Below, piece by piece: positions 1 through 12,438 of a stretch of 64,000 bases of DNA. The stretch lies in contig NC_043020.1 of assembly GCF_006345805.1 (NCBI RefSeq), forward strand, positions 1,302,001-1,366,000, in the 5' to 3' direction. Source of the stretch: Octopus sinensis (lineage: Eukaryota). Position numbers and translations under genes: made by a program. The notes under the pieces were generated by a model that saw only the letters and a program-made list of their open reading frames with translations, did not search any database and was not told the origin of the DNA. Every line of letters starts with the position of its first letter. Position 1 is the first letter of the stretch.

Positions 1-49
1 CTACTACCACCACCACCATCACTACTACTACTACCACTACTACTAATAT

Positions 50-83
<34 letters not shown>

Positions 84-289
84 GCTGCTGCTGCTACTAC
101 AATAGTTATAAAGCTACTATTTTAACATCACGAACAAAACAACATTGGTATTACTTTTGGTGCCGTTGCCAGTCACCACTACTACTACTGCTGCTACTAC
201 TACAACCACCACCACTACCACAGACATCGTTAATCACTTCTGCAACCAGTGCTACCAGAGTTAAGCACTATCTCCACCACTACCACTGT

Positions 290-1450
290 CACTACCACCA
301 TCACCGCCACCATTATCACCACCTTTTCCACCTCCACCACCACCCTCTTGACTACCACTACCATCATCACTACTACCGCCACCATTATCACCACTTTTCC
401 ACCTCCACCACCACCCTCTTGACTACCACTACATCATCACTACTACCGCCACCATTATCACCACCTTTTCCACCTCCACCACCACCCTCTTGACTACCAC
501 TACCATCATCACTACTACCGCCACCATTATCACCACCTTTTCCACCTCCACCACCACCCTCTTGACTACCACTACCATCATCACTACTACCGCCACCATT
601 ATCACCACCTTTTCCACCTCCACCACCACCCTCTTGACTACCACTACCATCATCACTACTACCGCCACCATTATCACCATCTTTTCCACCTCCACCACCA
701 CCCTCTTGACTACCACTACCATCATCACTACTACCGCCACCATTATCACCACCTTTTCCACCACCACCACCCTCTTGACTACCACTACCATCATCACTAC
801 TACCGCCACCATTATCACCACCTTTTCCACCTCCACCACACCCTCTTGACTACCACTACCATCATCACTACTACCGCCACCATTATCACCACCTTTTCCA
901 CCTCCACCACCACCCTCTTGACTACCACTACCATCATCACTACTACCGCCACCATTATCACCACCTTTTCCACCTCCACCACCACCCTCTTGACTACCAC
1001 TACCATCATCACTACTACCGCCACCATTATCACCACCTTTTCCACCTCCACCACCACCCTCTTGACTACCACTACCATCATCACTACTACCGCCACCATT
1101 ATCACCACCTTTTCCACCTCCACCACCACCATCTTCACTATCACCACTATCACCATCACCACTACTACCATCACTATTACCACCATCACCACCACCTTTT
1201 CCACTTCCACCACCACCATCTTGACTACCACTACCATCACCATCACCACTACTATCACCACCACCACCATCTTGACTACCACTACCATCACCACTACTAT
1301 CACCACCACCACCATCTTGACTACCACTACCATCACCACTACTATCACCACCACCACCATCTTGACTACCACTACCATCACCACTACTATCACCACCACC
1401 ACCATCTTGACTACCACTACCATCACCACTACCACCACCATTGTTAATCA
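290..1450. repeat. ACC/ACT-derived minisatellite: 72-nt unit (~11 copies), then 45-nt unit (~4-5 copies)
   Basis: Period measured directly, e.g. 451 to 523 = 72 and 1271/1316/1361/1406 = 45. Confidence 0.95.
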
Positions 1451-2719
1451 TTATCGCTACCACTGCCACCACCATCACCATCAATCACCACCACCACTGT
1501 TAACTGCCACCACCACCACCCACCACCACTGCTAGTTCCACCAATCCTGCTGCTGGTTAATAGCTCTTTAAAGGCAAATCCACTTCTTACCTGTTAATTT
1601 CCTTACAGTTCAAGCTCCGGAAACTGAGCAATACACGCTTCAGCGGTTTTGATTAGAACGTGCCGCCACCCCTTACTACCTCCACCACCACCACTACCAC
1701 AAGCACTACCACCAACACCACCACTTACACAACTCCTGTCTGCTGTCTTGTAGTTTGTGTGCATATGTGTATATATACATGTATGTGTATCCATCTATAT
1801 ATATATATATATATATATATGTGTTGTGTGTGTATGTGCTCACAGTCACATGTGGCTGTGTGGTTAAAGTAACTTGCTTCCCAGTCATGTGATTGCAAGG
1901 TTCAATTCCACTGCATGATGCTTTGGGTAAGCGTTTAAGCCTTGGGCTGATCGAAGCATTGTGAATGGATTTAGTAGACGGAAACTGAAAGAAGCCCTTG
2001 CATGTGTATGTTTGTGTGTGACCTTGTCTTAACATCACATGATGGTTGTAAACGAGTTTCACCCTCAAACCACTGTCTGGGCAAGCAGGCTGGCATTTTA
2101 CCCTGAATGGAACACCTGTGTGACGCGGGGGTATCCACTTACGGCTGAATGGACTGCAGCAATGTGAAGTGAAGTGTTTTGCTCAAGAACACAATACAAT
2201 GTATTCTCCATCATGAGTGCAACACCCTAACCATTAGGACATGTGCCCTTAACTCATCAAACCAAGTGAAACCATAGTCATGGCTGTTACCCATGTGATG
2301 TAAAGGGCTCTTGTGAAATCATGGTCGTGGCTGTTGCTGGTGTCATGCAAATGGCACCTGTGCTGGTGGCGCGTAAAAAGCGTTTATTACACTCTTGGAG
2401 TGGTTGGCATTAGGAAGGGCATCCAGCTGTAGAAACCATGCTAAATCAGACTGGAACCTGGTGCAGCCTCCTGGCTTACCAGTTTCCAGTCAAGCCATCT
2501 AATCCATGCCAGCATGGAAAGCAGGTGTTAAATGATGATGGTGATGTGTGTGTATGTGTGAATAAGGCTTACAATGTGTCCTTCTCTGTAAAATTGCTAA
2601 GCTATGGACAGTGACATGCAGACACACACAACCAGCTGTAAAAAACAATTCCTGATTTGTCTAACCCATGCAGGCATGGAAAAAAGGATGGAAAGCAAAT
2701 TACATACGCACAGGTTTCA

Positions 2720-2985
2720 GCGGCAGCGGCTTTGGCTCGTATCCAAGAATTTATTTTTTCTTCTTTGCTGAATGCTTTCTTATGGTGATGCCATTGATGA
2801 CTCTGTAGACCAATTCTTGCATAGAAGGGTCAACGGCATTGACCGCATGGCAATGGTGGTGGAGGACAAGGTTGATTTTGTCCAGCTTTTCTCTCCTGAC
2901 GTTTGATTTCTTCCCTTTCTCTTCTGGTGGCTTCAAACTTTTGGCTCTGGTGGTGATGGAACGCCACCACTTGGTACAGTCTCAG
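2720..2985 (-). mobile_element. Degenerate RTE-type LINE 3' end
   Basis: Minus strand reads KWWRSIT/FEATRRER..KRQERK..PCGQCR*PFYARIGLQSHQWHH with a frameshift and a stop, matching an RTE-like C-terminus with a CxxC..HxxH motif. Confidence 0.75.
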
Positions 2986-4150
2986 ACTTGTGTTTCAAAG
3001 GATTTAGGTTCAATTCCACACACATGTATGGATGAACCAAAACCATTACTCGCAAGTGAGCATGTCTTAGTAGCTCATATCATGCTTTCACAAATTGTTT
3101 GAGGTGCCTATAGATTTATTGGTAGACTGAAACACCCTCTCAGCTTTTCATACACACATTCACAGACATTCATATGAGGGGTTACTTAAAAGTTCCTGGC
3201 TTTGAGGGTATCACGAAAGGTCCAGTTGGAGGCTCAACCCTCCAAGTTCTTTTACAGGGCTTAGAAAAACTGAAGGACCGCTGCAATAAGTGAGTGAATC
3301 TGAGAGGGGGGAATATGTTGAATAAAATCATAATTCACCAGTCCTCTTGTGTTTTCTTTTACCCAAAACCAGGAACTTTTTGGCACCCCACCATATACAC
3401 ATACACACAAGGAAGTACTGAAAAGTTCCCGGCTTTAAGAGGATCACAAAAGGGGCCTGGTTGGAGGCCCTTCCTTCTGAGTTCTTTTACAGGGCTTAGA
3501 AAAACTTAAGGACCACTGCAACAGGTGTGAATCTCAGATTGGATCTTTAATGACTCTGTTTAAGATTTCTGCGATTGTTTTTATTTTTTGTTTTTGTTTT
3601 TGCTTTTTGTCCGCTTTCTTGTTAACACACCTGGATCGTTAGACTCAGGTGAGGTAGGTAGGTAATGCTAATTCCAGTAGATAATTGATGGTTTTGTTAT
3701 GGATTGTTGAATCCGGTATTGTTAAGTAGGATTATACTAATCTCTCATAAATAGACAAATCAAGAAGAATGGGTTCTCTTTCCTTGATTCCCCCTCTCTC
3801 TCTCTCTTTCACACACTTATGCACACACTTTATTTAGCCCCAGGTCAGTCCTGAGGTAGACCCAGTAAAAGTTTAAACAGGTACTTTATATGTGGCACCA
3901 GCACAGGCACTTTATATGTGGCACCAGCATGGTTGGCCACCACATTGTAGACATAAGTCAACACGATGACGTTTGTTCTGGAACACATTAATCAAAACTT
4001 CACGTGGGATATTTTGGACAATACCAGTAATACCCGTACACAGTTTATCAAGTTCCTAGGGTTAATTTATGCATATATAAATAGACAGGCTACATCAGAG
4101 AGTTTTTTTTATATAAAATAGTCCAAGAAGTTCATTGGGCTAATTTATAT

Positions 4151-4568
4151 ACTCTTTTACTCTTTTAGTTGTTTCAGTCATTTGACTGCGGCCATGCTGG
4201 AGCACCGCCTTTAGTCGAGCAAATCGACCCCCGGGACTTATTCTTTGTAAGCCCAGTACTTATTCTATCGGTCTCTTTTGCCGAACCACTAAGTGACGGG
4301 GACGTAAACACACCAGCATCGGTTGTCAAGCAATGCTAGAGGAACAAACACAGACACACAAACATATACACACACGCACATATATATATATATATACATA
4401 TATACGACAGACTACTTTCAGTTTCCGTCTACCAAATCCACTCACAGGCATTGGTCGGCCCGAGGCTATAGCAGAAGACACTTGCCCAAGATGCCATGCA
4501 GTGGGACTGAACCCGGAACCATGTGGTTGGTTAGCAAGCTGCTTACCACACAGCCACTCCTGCGCCTA
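4151..4568 (-). mobile_element. SINE family A (tRNA-like head, CORE-like CTTGGGCAAGT, central TA/CA microsatellite, stem-loop tail)
   Basis: A/B-box-like TGGCTGTGTGG and GGTTCAGTCC. Many near-identical copies elsewhere in the window, e.g. 5185-5596, 6495-6895, 28345-28770, 31720-32085, 44560-45020, 48140-48500. Confidence 0.88.
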
Positions 4569-4749
4569 TATATATATATATATATAAAATACAAAATGGG
4601 ACAAGAACGCAAAACATCCAGACAACTAGGTGATACAAAAAGGGACAAAACATTCAGATAGACGATACAAAAAAACAAGGACGGGTCGTTTGAAGTTTCC
4701 TATCCTCAGTCAAGAACTGGATCATCCTAACTATTTCAGCTGATTAATT

Positions 4750-5117
4750 TCTATATACATAAATGGCAAAATGTCTGTGTGTGTGTGTATCCTTTATACA
4801 AATCCACAATTTTTCAGTTAGAGGGCTCGCATTTTCTATGGTCATTCATATCCGTCCAATGGTGGTTCTGCACATCTTTACATTTCCCCAGTCATCCCGC
4901 AAAGCCATTAAAAAATCAATAGAAGTGACCTTTTTTGTGAATTTTCTATCCAAAACCCAATCAAAATGCCCGAAACTTGATACGCCATTTGAATGCCTGT
5001 TAGCTGTATGTGATTGGTCGGAGATTTGGACAGTACTCGCATGTATGTGTGCACGCACGCAGCTGTATATGCATGCACTAGCACTATGACCTGGCGTTGC
5101 TGGGTCATAGTGCTAGT
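4750..5117 (+). mobile_element. Non-autonomous Helitron-like element (5' TC, 3' 15-bp hairpin ending CTAG)
   Basis: ACTAGCACTATGACC-loop-GGTCATAGTGCTAGT. A second, closely similar copy at ~36956-37320 has a truncated hairpin. Confidence 0.7.
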
Positions 5118-6185
5118 ATATATATAAACACACTCGTGCCTGTGGCACGTAATAAGCACCCCTGCGGGTGCCATGTATAAAGCATATACTCTTTTTACTC
5201 TTTTACTTGTTTCAGTCATTTGACTGCAGCCATGCTGGAGCACCGCCTTTAGTCGAGCAACTCGACCCCAGGACTTATTCTTTAGTAAGCCCAGTACTTA
5301 TTCTATCGGTTTCTTTTGCCGAACCACTAAGTGACGGGGACATAAACACACCAGCATCGGTTGTCAAGCAATGCTAGGGGGACAGACACACAAACATACA
5401 CGCACATATATATATATATATATATATACGACGGGCTTCTTTCAGTTTCCGTCTACCAAATCCATTCACAAGGCTTTGTTTGGTTGGCCCGAGACTATAA
5501 TAAAAGACACTTGCCCAAAGTGCCACGCAGTGGAATTGAACCTGAAACCATGTAGTTGGTAAGCAAGCTACTTACCACACAGCCACTCCTGCGCCTTATG
5601 AATAAATTTTGTTTTAAAATTGTTTTAAAATCGGCCCGAGGCTATAGTAGAAGACACTTGCCCAAGATGCCACGCAGTGGGACTGAACCTGGAACCATGT
5701 GGTTGGTAAGCAAGCTACTTACCACACAGCCACTCCTATATTTTTTTTAAAGTGATAAGTATTACATTCCAATCTTCTCACTCTGATTTCAAATCAATTG
5801 CATTCCTGTTTGTATGTGGAGCCATCTGTCCAATTATAATCTTCATTTTATTCAAAACTGAAGCATATGGTTCGTTTATCCAATCTAAACGAGCAGGCTA
5901 TCTCTCAACTTTCTAGCATCATTATCATAATTCTTAATTATTTCGAGTTACTTCTCTAAAGTAAAAAAGCAATTTTTTTTTGTTCATTTTTGTTTTATTG
6001 TTTTGCTGTTTTCTTTTTGTTTTTTTTTTTCATTTTTTTTTTTTCATTAGTCAATCTCATTTTAATTTTTTTCTTTCTGTTATTCATTGCTATTAGAGAA
6101 AATATATTCTAAAAAAAAAAAAAATGCTGTTACAAGGAGAAAATAAAGACAAAAAAGTGAGGGCTTCTGTTGCTGGCTGCTAGTT

Positions 6186-6199
6186 GTTGCTATGGCAAC
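6186..6199. promoter_or_regulatory. RFX X-box-like motif GTTGCTATGGCAAC
   Basis: One mismatch to the palindromic X-box GTTGCCATGGCAAC, in non-repetitive sequence. Confidence 0.4.
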
Positions 6200-7774
6200 T
6201 GAAGATGCTTGCTATGAATGTTTTTTTGTTGTTTTTTTTCCATTATATCAGACCTTGTTTGCATGAAATTTGTGTCATGTTAAATGAAAAGAGGTTATAA
6301 TTAATAAACTGAGGAAGCTCAAAAGCATGTGGTTCTCAACTGGGGTCCAAATGCCCCTTGGTGGGGTCCACTTAAGATTTTGTCAAAATCTATTTGCAAT
6401 TAATTAGTTCTGCTTCCACAATGCACAAGTTATTTTAACAATTTATTTTTTTTTGTACAATTCCTATTAATATTTAATTATAAATCATATAGGGGCAGAT
6501 GTGTCTGTGTGGTAAGTAGCTTGCTTACCAACCACATGGTTATGGGTTCAATCCCATTGCGTGGCACCTCGGGCAAGTGTCTTCTACTATAGCCTCGGGC
6601 TGACCAAAGACTTGTGAGTGGATTTGGTAGACGGAAACTGAAAGAAGCCCGTCATATATATGTATGTATATGTATGTACGTGTTTGTGTGTGTGTGTGTT
6701 TGTCTCCCCAACATCGCTTGACAACCGATGCTGGTGTGTTTACGTCCCTGTAATTTAGCGGTTCGGCGCAAAAGAGACCAATAGAGTAAGTACTAGGCTT
6801 ACAGAGAATAAGTTCTGGGGTCGATTTGCTTGGCTAAAGGCAGTGCTCCAGCATGGCCACAGTTAAATGACTGAAACAAGTAAGTAAAAAAAAGAAAGTA
6901 AAAAGGTGCAGACGTGGCTGTGTGGTAAGAAGCTTGCTTCCCAATCACATGGTTACGGGTTCAGTCCCACTGTGTGGCACCTTGGGCAAGTGTCTTCTAC
7001 TATAGCCCCAGGCCAACCAAAGCTTTGTGAGTGGATTTGGTAGACAGAAACTGAAAGAAACCTGTCGTATATATATGTGTGTGTGTATATATATGCACAC
7101 ATATATACAACATGGCACCAGCACTGGCAGGGTCACCAAGTAACTTGCAAGACAAAGATCCTTTGAGAGGGGAGGAGAGCATTGGAGGAGGTGATCATGT
7201 GTCAGATGATGAAAGGTTAAGGTGGCGAGCTGGCAGAAACGTTAGCACGCCGGGCGAAATGCTTAGCAGTATTTCGTCTGCCGTTACGTTCTGAGTTCAA
7301 ATTCTGCCGAGGTCGACTTTACTTTTCATCCTTTCGGGGTCGATTAAATAAGTACCAGTTACGCACTGGGGTTGATATAATCGACTTAATCTGTTTGTCT
7401 GTTCTAGTTCGTCCCCCTGTATTTAGCCCCTTGTGGGTAGTAAAGAAATAGGTATTTTGTCTGTCTTTACGTTCTGAGTTCAAATTCCGCCGAGGTCGAC
7501 TTTGCCTTTCATCCTTTCGGGGTCGATAAATTAAGCACCAGTTATACACTGGGGTCGATGTAATCGACTTAATCCGTTTGTCTGTCCTTGTTTGTCCTCC
7601 CTATGTTTAGCCCCTTGTGGGCAATAATGAAATAAGATGATGAAAGGTTAGAATGTGACAGGCAGAAACAGGTGTCATCCTGTAGAGGACGATGATGGTG
7701 ATTATGATGATTGCAGTAATGGTGCCTCTATGTTAATTGTTGTTAATTACTCTTTGTTTCTTTCTCCTCGTTAG

Positions 7775-7942
7775 ATTCTCACAGCTAATGAGATGGCTTG
7801 TGCACTGTTTGGTTACAACCGAGCAGATATGATTTGCCGCTGTTTGACGGATTTGGTCCAACTGAAGAGAAAGGATCAACAAACCATTATGGAATCTTAC
7901 CTTCAACCAAGTGGACAGGTGATTAGTATCGCTGGCAAAGTG
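7775..7942 (+). CDS. PASK: PASK exon, PAS-A (ILTANEMACALFGY...IAGKV)
   Basis: ttag acceptor, GTG/gtacgt donor, phase 0-0. Resembles human ILVANDKACGLLGY. Confidence 0.93.
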
Positions 7943-9189
7943 GTACGTACAACAAACCCCTTTCCTTTAGTCTCTCTCTCTTGCTCTCCCTCTAATGCTT
8001 TCTCTCTTGCTCTCTCTCTCCCTCCCTCTCTTTCTCTCATGTTCTCTTGCTCTCTCTCCCCTTTCTCTTCTCTCTCTCTCTTGCCCTTTCTCTTGCTTGT
8101 TCTCTCTCTCTCTCCCTTCCTATCCCCTCCCTCCCTCTCTTTCTCTAGTCTTCTCTTGCTCTCTCTCTCTCTCTCTCTCTCATGCTTCATTTTCATTTCC
8201 AACTTTGCAAAGGCACATGGCTCAGTGGTTAGCGTATTCAACTTACAATCACAAGGTTGTGAGTTCAATTCCCAGGGGTGCATTGTGTCCTTGTGCAAGA
8301 CACTTCATTTCACATTGCTCCATTCCACTCAACTGGCAAGAATAAATTGTACCTGTAATTCAATGGGTCAGCCTCGTCACTTTCCCTGTCATGCCAAATC
8401 TCCCTGAGAAGAACATTAAGGGTTTGTGCGTCTGTGGAATACTCAGCCACTTGCATGTTAAATTCACAAGCAAGCTGTTCCATTGATCGGATCAACTAGA
8501 ACATGTGTCGTCATAATCCTCAGAGTGCCTTGAGAACTATGTTAAGGGTACGCGTGTCTGTGGAGTACTCGGCCGCTTGCATGTTAACACCAAAAATTAT
8601 TTACATCAAAAAGGTGCTTTTTTTTTTTCTATGAAAATCCCTATTTTTTACAATATTTTGACTGCTGTGTCGCCATTTTTTGGTGTATTTCAACCAGAAA
8701 AATGTTCACTTAAAGAGAATAACAAGCTACATAATGCAAAATATTTACTTTTCAAAAATTCCAATTCTAAAGGGTCGAAACAAACCCGAGCAATGCCGGG
8801 GGATACTGCTAGTTTAGTGCTATAATCTTCTCCTGAGTGACTTGAGCAATAAGTGGCCTTGCATTATCACGTATGAGCAACACCCCTTTACGTTTGACCA
8901 GTGAGGTGGAGGGGAGCGCTACAAACCCCAGGGTGGGGGATAACTGTATGAAGGCCTGTTTGAGGGAGACCAGCTGCTAATTCAAAATAGGCTGCTTTGT
9001 CACGCCCACGTTGTCACACTGACTCTGCCTGAGAGTTACATCAAGAGTAAGGGTACCGATGTCTGTGGTGTACTTAGCCACATGGATACTGACACACAAG
9101 TAAGTTGTTTAGTTGATTGAGCCACTGGAATGCTTATTGTCAAAGTTCCTGGAGAATCCATTTACTTCTATGTCTCTGCCGATCTATAT

Positions 9190-9900
9190 TTCTGTCAACC
9201 CCCCTCTCACTTCTTCCCCCTGTCCTCCTCATCACTTTCCCTCCTCTTTCACCCTCTCTCCTCCTCATCACTTTCCCTCCTCTTTCACCCTCTCTCCTCC
9301 TCATCACTTTCCCTCCTCATCACTTACCCTCCTCTTTCACACTCTCTCCTCCTCATCACTTTCCCTCCTCTTTCAACCTCTCTCCTCCTCATCACTTTCC
9401 CTCCTCATCACTTACCCTCCTCTTTCACCCTCCCTCCTCCTCATCACTTGCCCCCCCTCTTTCACCCTCTCTCCTCCTCATCACTTTCCCTCCTCTTTCA
9501 CCCTCTCTCCTCCTCATCACTTGCCCCCCCTCTTTCACCTCTCTCCTCCTCATCACTTTCCCTCCTCTTTCACCTCTCTCCTCCTCATCAATTTCCCTCC
9601 TCTTTCACCTCTCTTCCTCCTCATCACTTTCCTCCTCTTTTACACTCTCTCCTCCTCATCACTTGCCCCCCCTCTTTCCACCCTCTCTCCTCCTCATCAC
9701 TTTCCTCCTCTTTCACACTCTCCTCCTCATCACTTGCCCCCCCTCTTTCACCTCTCTCCTCCTCCTCACTTTCCCTCCTCTTTCACCCTCTCTCCTCCTC
9801 ATCACTTTCCCTCCTCTTTCACCCTCTCTCCTCCTCATCACTTCCCCCCCTCTTTCACCCTCTCTCCTCCTCATCATTCTCCCTCCTTTTCTTCCCCCCC
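9190..9900. repeat. 36-nt homopyrimidine-rich minisatellite (cctcctcatcactttccctcctctttcaccctctct)n
   Basis: Period 36 (9231 to 9267), strongly C/T-skewed. Confidence 0.92.
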
Positions 9901-10057
9901 CCCAACTTTCTGCAGCTATTCACTTTGTCTCTCTGGTCCTCCATCAAGCTTTTGAATTTTTGCAGTTTCCATTTTCCAATTTGCTCCTCACATTCTCTGA
10001 TATTTCATTCTATGTTTTCCCTTTCAACTCCCTGTGACCGACCTTCAATATTTCCAG

Positions 10058-10198
10058 GTGGAAGCCATCGACAAAGATGGATTAGTTCTACCAGTGTCTT
10101 TATGGATGAAACGAGTTGACTACAACAAGAAGTCTCGCTGTCTTGTGGCCATGGAACCAATTCACAGACTTATCTGTTCAATTTACTTTGATATCAAG
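10058..10198 (+). CDS. PASK: PASK exon (VEAIDKDGLVLPVSLWMKR...CLVAMEPIHR...DIK)
   Basis: ttccag acceptor, AAG/gtgagt donor. PVSLWMKR and MEP match PASK PVSVWMKR and LEPV. Confidence 0.93.
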
Positions 10199-10867
10199 GT
10201 GAGTGTTTTTTAGTCTTTTGACATCATCATCATCATCATTTAACATCCGCTTTTCATGCTAGCATGGGTTGGACAATTTGACTGAGGACTGTCCTTGTTT
10301 GTCCCCTCTGTGTTTAGCCCCTTGTGGGCAATAAAGAAATGAGAAGCTTGCTTCCCAACCACATGGTTCTAGCTTCACTTCTCAAAAGCTCGGAGACTTT
10401 TTCATGATTAATTCAAAACATCATTATCATCATTTGTCAGTTTTCCATGCTAGCATGGGTTGGACGGTTCGACCGGGGATCTGGGAAGCCAGGAGGCTGC
10501 ACCAGGCTCCAGTCTGATCTGGCAGTGTTTCTACAGCTGGATGCCCTTCCTAATGCCAACCACTCCGAGAGTGTAGTGGGTGCTTTTTACATGCCACTGG
10601 CTCAGGTGCCAGGGGAGGCTGACAACAGCTACGATTGGTTGGTGCTTTGGTGCCAGAGGAGGCTGGCAACAGCCATGATCGGTTGGTGCTTTTTATGTGC
10701 CACCAGCACAGAAGCCAGTCAAGGCTGCGCTGGCATCGGCCACTTCCAGATGATGCTTTTTACGTGCCACCGAAACGGGTATCACAACTACAATTTCCGC
10801 ACATCACATTTGACAGAGTAATCCGAATGCTAAAGAACTAAAAGAAATTTCTAATTTAATCTTTCAG

Positions 10868-11002
10868 GGAGAGATAATCAGGTGTGATGAGAAGCTGTCC
10901 TGTTTCTTTGGTTACAGCAACAATGAGGACATCAACGGAGCAAATATAACTCAGTTGATTCCAGCATTTAAGCTACCAAAACTTTTCCAGAGATTGACCA
11001 AG
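10868..11002 (+). CDS. PASK: PASK exon, PAS-B (GEIIRCDEKLSCFFGY...ITQLIPAFKLP)
   Basis: tttcag acceptor, AAG/gtaagt donor, phase 0-0. PAS motif FGY...ITxLIP. Confidence 0.93.
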
Positions 11003-12320
11003 GTAAGTTACCTGATGCACATGATAACATGGCTTCTGTATTCTTTTATCTTTCAAACTGTTTCAGTCTTTGGACCGTGGCCGTACTGGAGCATCACGTT
11101 AGAGGGTTTCGTCAAACTGGTCGACCCCAGCATTTAGTTACCTTTTTAAACCTGGTACTTGTTCTGTTGATCCCTTTTCCCAAACTACTAAGTTACAGGG
11201 TACGTGAACAAACAAACACTGGTTGTCAAAGAGAGGTAGGGGACATCAAAAGCACAAAACACACACACATATATACATATGCGCGCACACACACACCCAC
11301 GATGAGGGTGCATGGCCCAGTGGTTAAGGTATTGCACTCGTGATCACAAGGTTGTGGGTTTTGATTCATCAGACTGGCCATACTGGAGCACCACCTAAAA
11401 AGGTTTGTTCAAACTAATCAGCCCCACTATTTTGTTTTAAGTTTGGTACTTAGTGTTTGGCAAAAGGGGACCGAGAGAATAAGTTATGGGGTATGTAAAC
11501 AAACCAGCAACGGTTGTCAAAGAGCAGCAGGGGACAATCACACACATACATACACACACATAATGTGGGCGTGAAAGACACACACATCCACATACATACA
11601 TACATGCACATGTATACGCATGAGGGCATGTGGCCTAGTGGTTAGAGTATTGCCCTCATGACCATGAAACCATGGCTTTGATTCCTGTAAATATGTTACA
11701 TGCTTTTTCACAAATCACATATTTGTGACTATAATCCGTATCCATAGGATACAATCATCCTATGGATGCGAGAAAAAAGCAAAAAAACTTGTGATTTATG
11801 GAAACGTGTATAGAATATTTATGAAATTCCATCTTTGGGTTATTATTATTACTACTATAGTTCTCCTACGTTATATTGGCACAACTCAATACAGTTGCAT
11901 ATAATTGTTATTGCAATGTGGAATAACTGGGCAGTAGCCGGCATAATAGCAGAGAAGCTTTTATGTGTATACTCAAAAACATTTCCCATTAATGAACTTA
12001 TAGGATATCATCATCGTCGTTTAACGTCCGCTTTCCATGCTAGCATGGGTTGGATGGTTCAACTGGGGTCTGGGAAGCCCGAAGGCTGCACCAGGCTCCA
12101 GTCCGATCTGGCAGTGTTTCTACAGCTGGATGCCCTTCCTAACGCCAACCACTCTGAGAGTGTAGTAAATATATATATATATACACATACATATGTATAT
12201 ATGACAGATCAGTAGCCACTACACACATTTTTTTTTCTCTCCTTGTTTTTTCTGTGTCCCTTTTGCTAGCTCATGATTCAGTTCCTAGTTTTAAAATTTT
12301 AATTTTTCTGTCATTTTCAG

Positions 12321-12438
12321 AACATAAAGAAACAGAGAGCAACTGGGAAAACCTTGGATGGTTCCATTTTCCCTCTTACCATACACGTCCATCCAATAGA
12401 CACAGCTTCTGATGAAGAGGATAATAGTTTACGCCAAG
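12321..12438 (+). CDS. PASK: PASK exon (NIKKQRATGKTLDGSIFPLTI...)
   Basis: ttttcag acceptor, G/gtaaga donor. Matches PASK QRSVGRARDGTTFPLSL. Confidence 0.92.

Noticed and set aside
429-1535. 351-aa Gly-rich, Val-rich and Thr-rich ORFs as real genes
   Set aside because: Several frames on both strands are open, as expected for ACC-type repeats, and no splice or homology support was found.
9113-10119. 280-329-aa Ser/Leu/Pro-rich ORFs
   Set aside because: They are artefacts of the C/T minisatellite, with all three frames open.
10447-10821. Recurrent ORF MLAWVGRFD...QLDALPNANHSES as a gene family
   Set aside because: It is the translation of SINE family C, found at many positions with scattered stops and frameshifts.
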